A stretch of DNA of 28,840 bases from IMG/VR virus record IMGVR_UViG_3300009551_000105; one strand, 5' to 3'. The notes beneath the pieces were generated by a model. That model worked only from the letters and a program-made list of their open reading frames with translations, was not told the DNA's origin and searched no databases. This document shows, one piece after another, positions 16,637 to 22,836 of this stretch (positions within the stretch are counted from its first letter, which is position 1; each line of letters opens with the position of its first letter). A program made the position numbers and the translations under genes. This stretch comes from a virus.

Positions 16637-16667
16637 GATAAGTAGTGGAAAAAATGGTTATTTGCTG
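16637..16667 (+). promoter_or_regulatory. Candidate sigma70-like promoter in a divergent intergenic region (TTGATA, 19-nt spacer, TATAAT preceded by TG)
   Basis: Seen directly: ttgata at 16637-16642 and tgtataat at 16660-16667. Could serve the 16721 operon. Confidence 0.3.
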
Positions 16668-16720
16668 TATAATTTTAATATACAGAGGACATTTAAGATC
16701 AAAGACTTATTGAAGATGAT

Positions 16721-17104
16721 ATGAAAATTTATCACGGAACTTCCAAATATAATTGGGAAAACAAATACGCAGACAATTCTACCTTGTTTCTAACATCCAA
16801 TCAAGAAGACGCAGCAAACTATGCTTACGAAGCTGCTGCTGATAATGAATATAGCAAATTGAGACCTTTGCCAATCATTGTTTCAATTGATATTGAAAAT
16901 CTTTTAGATAAAGATTTGGAATTCGATCCAGATGATAGCTGCGTACGATCAGTTAGCGATGGTGGACCAAAAGAACCATTGAATGTAAAATCTCTATCTT
17001 GGGAAGATTCTATAAGATATTGTGGTTCATTTTCCATATTTGGAAATATTGAAGCTCTAAAACCTCTTTTTAAGATAGAAAAAATTGGTATTAAAAAGTC
17101 TTGA
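16721..17104 (+). CDS. Hypothetical protein (127 aa) with N-terminal 'IYHGTS' motif
   Basis: ORF with ATG. The YHGT motif is reminiscent of H-Y-E class ADP-ribosyltransferases and Tpt1, but the assignment is weak. Confidence 0.4.
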   Translation: MKIYHGTSKYNWENKYADNSTLFLTSNQEDAANYAYEAAADNEYSKLRPLPIIVSIDIENLLDKDLEFDPDDSCVRSVSDGGPKEPLNVKSLSWEDSIRYCGSFSIFGNIEALKPLFKIEKIGIKKS

Positions 17105-17128
17105 TTTGGAAGACTAATTAAGTTGGCA

Positions 17129-17983
17129 ATGGACCATGCCAAGTTAGATGCCTTATTAGAATATCTTTTAGTTACCGAAATGCCAATTAGGCAATTTAAG
17201 AATGTCGGTAATTGGAATAAAAATTCATCTTTTGGAAATGTTGATAGAAAATTATTAACAAGTCCAAAGGCAGTGGAAAAAATTCATCGTCAGTGGCAGA
17301 AAACTCCATATGATTTTGAAATATTTTTAGTTAACGATCCAAGAGTAAACAAACCAGATTTCAGAGAAGTTGGAATGGTAAATTTGGATTATGTTAGAAC
17401 AAAAATGCGTCTAACTGAAGAAGAATTTCCAAGTCCTAGCTCTGACGCAATTACAATTATTTTCACCAACAATGTTGGCGATGAAAGATATATGGCTTCT
17501 GGGTGGATTTTGGCCCATAGACTTGGACACGCTTTCGCTCGTGGAAACAACGACGTTTCAAAAGAATGGGAAGAATTTACTGCCAACTTAAGAGAAGTTA
17601 TGGCTGATATGCTTGATCAGGTTTATGATTTGCAAGTCTATAAAAGAGACTTTTCAAGAGAAGCAGAAGACATACTCAAATTAGTTGCCCAACAAATAGG
17701 TACGATGAAAAGTGCCAGAGACAACAATTTGAGAAATTGGGGCGAATTTGCATATGAACTTTTTGCACAATATTTGATAACTGGTAAAATTAGATTCAAT
17801 CCTCTGCCAGATAGTTTGGTTACTAAAATTGAAGCTTTTGGTCGCAAGGCTACAAAAAGACCTTTCAGTCCAGAAAATCAAAATATGTACAATAATCATG
17901 ATTTGGAATATTATGCCCAAGGCATGGAAACTATGATAGAAAACGTACTTGATCGTGCGGTCGGTCGCATATTTGTAATGTAA
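17129..17983 (+). CDS. Hypothetical protein; N-terminal 'LDALLEYLLVTEMP' resembles the next ORF's 'LEGLLENLLVSEGPE'
   Basis: The ORF track start at 17123 is TTG; the first ATG is at 17129. Confidence 0.45.
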   Translation: MDHAKLDALLEYLLVTEMPIRQFKNVGNWNKNSSFGNVDRKLLTSPKAVEKIHRQWQKTPYDFEIFLVNDPRVNKPDFREVGMVNLDYVRTKMRLTEEEFPSPSSDAITIIFTNNVGDERYMASGWILAHRLGHAFARGNNDVSKEWEEFTANLREVMADMLDQVYDLQVYKRDFSREAEDILKLVAQQIGTMKSARDNNLRNWGEFAYELFAQYLITGKIRFNPLPDSLVTKIEAFGRKATKRPFSPENQNMYNNHDLEYYAQGMETMIENVLDRAVGRIFVM

Positions 17984-17993
17984 AGAGATTGCT

Positions 17994-18572
17994 ATGTTTG
18001 AAACTGTAAATGAAGATAGTGCTTTTACGCTCGAAGGATTGTTAGAAAATCTCCTAGTATCCGAAGGACCTGAAACTCAAGTCCCCGAAGGAACTTCCAT
18101 TGCTGTCAACGGGGATTACAGTCATCTTCGAATTGAAGTTAGAACAAATACTCCTGAAGGTTTTGAAGGATCGGAATATCAAGCAAACAATCTTGGATTT
18201 TTGGTTTTACACAGAGCCGAAGGAAGTGGACTTTGGGAAATAGATTCGGCCGGGTCATCTAAAAAATTTGGACCTTTGCTTTATGATATTGCTTTGGAAA
18301 TGGTTGTTCAGTATTTGGATGATGTTGGCGTTATCCCAGATAGGGAAAATTTATCATCTGAATCTTCAAATGTTTGGAAGTATTATTATTTCAATAGAAA
18401 AGATGTAATACACGAGCCTCTTCCAAAAAGATTGGTTAGCGACAAAATCAAAAAAGTTTTCAGAAAAGAGCCGTGGTTATCTTGCTATTATTTTAAAAAA
18501 AGAGCTTTGGTTATTTCAAAATTAAAAAGAGTTGGAAAAATTCATTCAGAAGATTATGATTTTTTTGAATGA
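17994..18572 (+). CDS. Hypothetical protein (192 aa)
   Basis: ORF with ATG; N-terminal motif shared with the previous ORF. Confidence 0.45.
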   Translation: MFETVNEDSAFTLEGLLENLLVSEGPETQVPEGTSIAVNGDYSHLRIEVRTNTPEGFEGSEYQANNLGFLVLHRAEGSGLWEIDSAGSSKKFGPLLYDIALEMVVQYLDDVGVIPDRENLSSESSNVWKYYYFNRKDVIHEPLPKRLVSDKIKKVFRKEPWLSCYYFKKRALVISKLKRVGKIHSEDYDFFE

Positions 18573-18627
18573 ATATTGATTTTTAGATCCTCTACTTACA
18601 TAAGATTACGAAAGAAGAACAAATCCG

Positions 18628-19299
18628 ATGACAATGAAAATCAAGAAGAGTGAATTGCAAAAAATGATCCGTGAAGCGATTCTTAAAAACGTTAAGAAAT
18701 ATCTTACCGAACAAGCTGCAACCGGATTGAAGCAAAGAATTGCTGCAAAATCAACTACTGCTGCCAAAGATCAGGTAAGCATTGACAAATTGATGATGGC
18801 ATTGGATGGTATGGAAAAAGGCGGCAAAAAAGCCGTATCTTTTGATGAACTTGTTGCGGTTGCAAAAAAGTCAATTGAAGTTTCAGCACCGCTTGGAAAA
18901 GGTTCGGCACAAGGTCTTGCTCAAAGAGCAACATCAAAAACTGGTGGCGCACCTGTGGTAGCTCCTCCAGCAAATCTTAATCAACCTCGTCAAGAAAGCA
19001 AAAAAAATTCTGGAAAAAAGTTAAAAGAACAGAATGATGATATTGCTGCAAAATTAGATACGATGAGCAATTTACCTGAAGCAGAAGAAGATGAAAAGGC
19101 AATGAAAGAAGCTGTTGGTCATCTTGAATCGTGCATTGTAAAAGTTAGAGAAGTTGCACATATGGCTGACGAAGAAGAAAGAGACGAAGCATCGGCTTTA
19201 TTCGAAACAATTAATAATCTAAAAGCAGAACTTGAAGTTTTGAAGCATCTTGCAGAAGAGCTTAAAATGGAACAATCAAGTGATGAATGGTCTGAATAA
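18628..19299 (+). CDS. Hypothetical protein with N-terminal leader (MTMKIKKSELQKMIREAILKNVKKYLTEQ) and acidic C-terminal helix
   Basis: Leader similar to ORF 3627. Upstream AAGAACAAATCC is shared with ORF 19318. Confidence 0.5.
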   Translation: MTMKIKKSELQKMIREAILKNVKKYLTEQAATGLKQRIAAKSTTAAKDQVSIDKLMMALDGMEKGGKKAVSFDELVAVAKKSIEVSAPLGKGSAQGLAQRATSKTGGAPVVAPPANLNQPRQESKKNSGKKLKEQNDDIAAKLDTMSNLPEAEEDEKAMKEAVGHLESCIVKVREVAHMADEEERDEASALFETINNLKAELEVLKHLAEELKMEQSSDEWSE

Positions 19300-19317
19300 T
19301 ATAAAAGAACAAATACA

Positions 19318-20025
19318 ATGTCAAATATATCAAGAGCTAGATTTCAAAAATTAGCAGGCATTCTCACCGAAGAATCGAAAGAGTCGTTGCAAGAAACCAT
19401 AATGGAAGGGGCTTCAAGACCTTTCGATATGGATGCAAAAGAAATGCTCATAAGATATTGTGCGTGGCTCCGAGCAATTCATATTTGGTTTCACGGAGCA
19501 CATCATACAACTCGTGGAGTTGGATTTTCGGGCGATCATACTGCTCTCTTTGAAAGAATTTACACAGCCGTCCAAGATGAAGTGGATGGAGCTATAGAAA
19601 AAGCAATTGGAATTACTGGCGACCAAGGTTTGGGATGCCCGAAGTTGATTACAAGAGAAGCTTTAACCCTAATCGATCGTTATGGTTCCCCTGCCGAAAT
19701 GGAATCAAAAAATATTGCAAAAGAAGGTCTTAAAATTGAGGAAGACTACATTGCTTTCGTAGAAAGAATGTTTAAAGCTTTTGAAGCAAAAGATATTATG
19801 ACGCTTGGATTAAACGATCAATTGGCAGCATCAGCAAATGCACACGAAACGTTTGTGTACCTTCTTTCTCAAAGAATTAGAAGCACAGAGGACACAGTAA
19901 TGCAAATGGACGATGTTGGGGAAACTTCAACTTTCCATCTTCCAGAATTACCAGCAAACCTGGGTACCGTACCAATGGCACCAGTTAAAGTTCCTAATGC
20001 TGGCGGCAATCCATTTGGAATGTAA
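19318..20025 (+). CDS. Hypothetical protein with leader 'SRARFQKLAGILTEESKESLQE' (paralogous to N-terminus of 21291-21830)
   Basis: ORF with ATG; shared LAG(I/L)L(T/K)E motif. Confidence 0.5.
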   Translation: MSNISRARFQKLAGILTEESKESLQETIMEGASRPFDMDAKEMLIRYCAWLRAIHIWFHGAHHTTRGVGFSGDHTALFERIYTAVQDEVDGAIEKAIGITGDQGLGCPKLITREALTLIDRYGSPAEMESKNIAKEGLKIEEDYIAFVERMFKAFEAKDIMTLGLNDQLAASANAHETFVYLLSQRIRSTEDTVMQMDDVGETSTFHLPELPANLGTVPMAPVKVPNAGGNPFGM

Positions 20026-20038
20026 AACAAGGAAGTAA

Positions 20039-20872
20039 ATGTCCAAAAAAGCTCTTTTAGAGACAATTGAAATTCTTGTAAAAGAAGAAATAGAAAGTCT
20101 CTCTTTAAAAGAGAAGATTAGAAGTTCTACATTTAATTGGAAAGAGTTCAAGGCCCTGCCAGATATTTTTAAAATGAAAGAATATTTGGATGCAACCTTG
20201 GTTTCTTTAAGCGAAACACGTCAAAAAACCGGAAGAGAAGGATCGGCTAGAAAAGTATATCTTCTTTCAAGTGGTAAAGTAATAAAACTTGCTAAAAACA
20301 ATGCTGGCTTGGCTCAAAATGAAGCCGAGGCTTCGGCATCAAAAACACCGGATATAAAGCCGGCAATAGCTAAAGTATTTGATAGCGATCCAAAGTTTTT
20401 TTGGCTTGTTTCCGAATTGGTTAAACCATTAGAAAAAAGCAATATGTATCGAGTTGGACAATTTTTTGGTGGTGATATTTTTCCAACTACTGATTCATTT
20501 GAACAATTTGCTTGGTATGTTTGGGAAAACAAAGGCGATGTTGATAGGTCTTTGATAAAATTTGAACATCAACAAGCTCCTTGGCTATCAAAATATAATC
20601 CAAACATTGGAAAAGATATCAAAAATCCAAAAGTAATAGCAAAACTAAATGAATTTTTCAAATCATTACTCGAGTTTTGTCAAAAAACTGGTTCAAGATA
20701 TGAAGATATCGCTTCAATTTCTTCTTTTGGTATTTCGGCAGAGGGAAATCTTGTAGTTTTGGATTATGGCTTTACGAAAGAAGTTGGACAAAAATATTAT
20801 GATTGGAGAACCCAATCAGATATTGAAGCCGGTGCAAAACAAGGTTATAAAGCAAATCTCAATGCAAAGTAA
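20039..20872 (+). CDS. Atypical protein-kinase-like (RIO/Bud32/Kdo-like) protein with N-terminal leader
   Basis: 'GREGSARKVY' resembles a kinase Gly-loop (cf. RIO 'GKEANVY'). 'KVIKLAK' resembles the VAIK lysine motif. 'GKDIKNPKVI' resembles a catalytic loop (cf. DLKPENIL). 'VVLDYGFTKE' resembles a DFG motif. Confidence 0.45.
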   Translation: MSKKALLETIEILVKEEIESLSLKEKIRSSTFNWKEFKALPDIFKMKEYLDATLVSLSETRQKTGREGSARKVYLLSSGKVIKLAKNNAGLAQNEAEASASKTPDIKPAIAKVFDSDPKFFWLVSELVKPLEKSNMYRVGQFFGGDIFPTTDSFEQFAWYVWENKGDVDRSLIKFEHQQAPWLSKYNPNIGKDIKNPKVIAKLNEFFKSLLEFCQKTGSRYEDIASISSFGISAEGNLVVLDYGFTKEVGQKYYDWRTQSDIEAGAKQGYKANLNAK

Positions 20873-21224
20873 GACGAATTTCCCCATCTTCATCTTTTTG
20901 TAAATCTTTTGACCAACCTTCTGTTATTTCGATAATGAATTTGCAACCAGAAGGAATTGGGTATTCTTCTTTATTATTTGATTTCATTGGAATGGTACAA
21001 ATCAATTTTCCTTCTTTGTCAAAACCAAGAAGTTCTAAATTGAATTTTACATTTCTCATATGAAATAATCTTTCCGGTAAATCATCCGTGAAGAGAAATA
21101 ACAAACCTTCAGAACTTGTAGGTCCAGTTGGATGATGTTGATAACCAAGGGCACGTTCCTTGTCTGTCCGTAAAACTTTTACAGAGCACTCTTTGTTTGC
21201 TATTGTACAGTTCCAGAATGACAT
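20859..21224 (-). CDS. DUF192 (COG1430/UPF0127) family protein
   Basis: 'RTDKERALGYQHHP....EGLLFLF......RLFHMRNVKFNLELLGFDKEGKLICT' plus 'CKFIIEITEGWSKD' fits the DUF192 consensus (..T.eeR.rGLM.R......GMLFvF......FWMkNT.iPLDiiFiD.dG.iv ... yVLE.naGw). Overlaps the convergent kinase-like gene by 14 bp. Confidence 0.6.
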   Translation of the reverse strand: MSFWNCTIANKECSVKVLRTDKERALGYQHHPTGPTSSEGLLFLFTDDLPERLFHMRNVKFNLELLGFDKEGKLICTIPMKSNNKEEYPIPSGCKFIIEITEGWSKDLQKDEDGEIRLTLH

Positions 21225-21290
21225 ATGAGACGTTTATAAATCCTCTATGGATAAATAGACATTTGCAAAATGTAAAAGCCTATAGAGCTT

Positions 21291-21830
21291 TTATTCAACT
21301 TGTGAGTTGATTTCTTTTTTAAGAGCTTCAATAGCTTGCCCAAGACGCTTCAAAAGCATTTCTGCTTTTTTCACACCTTCGACCGATGCTTTTACTTCTC
21401 CCAATTCAAATCCAATATCGTTGATTATAGTTGCGTTGAAACCATCATCTTCGAAGCCAGGTGGCAATCTTTCACCAAATTGCTCTTCATCTTCGTTTCT
21501 TTCGGTTTCTAATTGTTGCGCCGCACGCAAATCTTCTTCATCTTCTCTGGATGGCCAAAGAGATTCGGGCGATTCGTCACCAAATTTTTGTTCAGTAATT
21601 TCTCCGCCTTTTGCTGCCGCAATCATTTTTGGAATATCGAAATTATATTTTTTGGCAAAAGCTCGCACTCCAGGTGCAACTTCATCTGGATGAAAACTTA
21701 CGCCCATAGCGTAATCGGCCAACCATTCATCTACGGTGTTATATTTGTAGTGGCGTTCGTCACCAACTTCAATTTGTTCTTTTAACAGGCCAGCCAATTG
21801 TTTTAGACGATTTGAATTTAAGAATGACAT
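21291..21830 (-). CDS. Hypothetical acidic protein; N-terminus 'MSFLNSNRLKQLAGLLKEQIE' paralogous to ORF 19318 leader
   Basis: The ORF track start at 21878 is TTG and overlaps the upstream gene; the first ATG is at 21830. Confidence 0.45.
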   Translation of the reverse strand: MSFLNSNRLKQLAGLLKEQIEVGDERHYKYNTVDEWLADYAMGVSFHPDEVAPGVRAFAKKYNFDIPKMIAAAKGGEITEQKFGDESPESLWPSREDEEDLRAAQQLETERNEDEEQFGERLPPGFEDDGFNATIINDIGFELGEVKASVEGVKKAEMLLKRLGQAIEALKKEINSQVE

Positions 21831-21855
21831 TGTCCATAAATATAGACCATTCCAA

Positions 21856-22263
21856 TCAAATGTTTTTTCTATTTCCAATTGTCATATGAAAACAGTGTTT
21901 TAAGTCTGGCGGACAATTATATTTTGCCCAAATTGGTAGCCCTAATTCGGAACGAATATTTTCTAAATCTTTACTGTAGCAATTCAGCCAATAGTATGTT
22001 TCGTCATTATAAACCACTGGTTCATATTGAAAATCGATCACTTTACCTTCGTAAAGCTCCCACTTTGTTAAATCTAATGGTTTTTCTTTACGGACTACTG
22101 TAATATGAGGAGCATAGCGTTGCTGATTACATTTGTACCACTTTGGTAAAAGTCCCTTGTAATAAGCAGAAATTTGTGGGTCAACCTCGACATTTACCTT
22201 ATAGTAAGTGTCTGGATCTACGACCGAATATCGTAAAATGCCCTGTGAGCTTATGAGCTGCAT
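21856..22263 (-). CDS. 2H-phosphoesterase-superfamily protein (two H-x-T-x motifs); candidate Acb1-like cyclic-oligonucleotide phosphodiesterase
   Basis: 'APHITVV' and 'HCFHMTIG' are separated by about 73 residues in a ~135-aa protein, as in LigT and Acb1 folds. Start uncertain (TTG at 22278 or ATG at 22263). Confidence 0.45.
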   Translation of the reverse strand: MQLISSQGILRYSVVDPDTYYKVNVEVDPQISAYYKGLLPKWYKCNQQRYAPHITVVRKEKPLDLTKWELYEGKVIDFQYEPVVYNDETYYWLNCYSKDLENIRSELGLPIWAKYNCPPDLKHCFHMTIGNRKNI

Positions 22264-22318
22264 AACGTATAATACCAAATTGGTATAAATTAATAAACCA
22301 TTATGTAAAGTTCATAGG

Positions 22319-22738
22319 ATGAAAAACGAATTTTATTTTTTTATTGACTTATATACTTTTTTATTCGAAAATAAAAACGATGCTATTGAATATAAAACAA
22401 CAGAAAACGATATGGTCTTCTATGATTTAGAAGAGGCAGAGTTTTGGAGTCGTCTGACCGATTATAAAATTTCTATAATAGATGAATTTATTTTATTTCT
22501 TGTATTAGAAAAAGAAGTAGTAACTTCTTCATATGAAATTTGGAAAGTTATTGGTTTGGAAAAAGTTGGTTGGATTGTTGTTGACGAAGAGGTTAAACCT
22601 TATCTAAAATTATTAACAGAGAAAAATAAAGAAAAATTTGTTAATGATAAAGAATACGCAGAATATGAAAAAACTGCTGAATATGCGGAAGCATATAAAG
22701 AGTATGTCGAAAAAAACGAAAAGAACTTTTTGTCGTAA
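22319..22738 (+). CDS. Paralog family member G (remote copy); 'YEIWKVIGLEKVGWIVVDEEVKPY' plus EYA-repeat C-terminal extension
   Basis: Shares the W.VIG.EK.GWIVV motif with the tandem array at 11685-13784. Confidence 0.5.
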   Translation: MKNEFYFFIDLYTFLFENKNDAIEYKTTENDMVFYDLEEAEFWSRLTDYKISIIDEFILFLVLEKEVVTSSYEIWKVIGLEKVGWIVVDEEVKPYLKLLTEKNKEKFVNDKEYAEYEKTAEYAEAYKEYVEKNEKNFLS

Positions 22739-22836
22739 AATGACCACACTGAATATTTTATAATAAATTTGGTTTATCTGATTTTGTCAATGCAATAAAG
22801 TAAATGAATAGAAGATTTCTAACGGAGAAATAAAAA

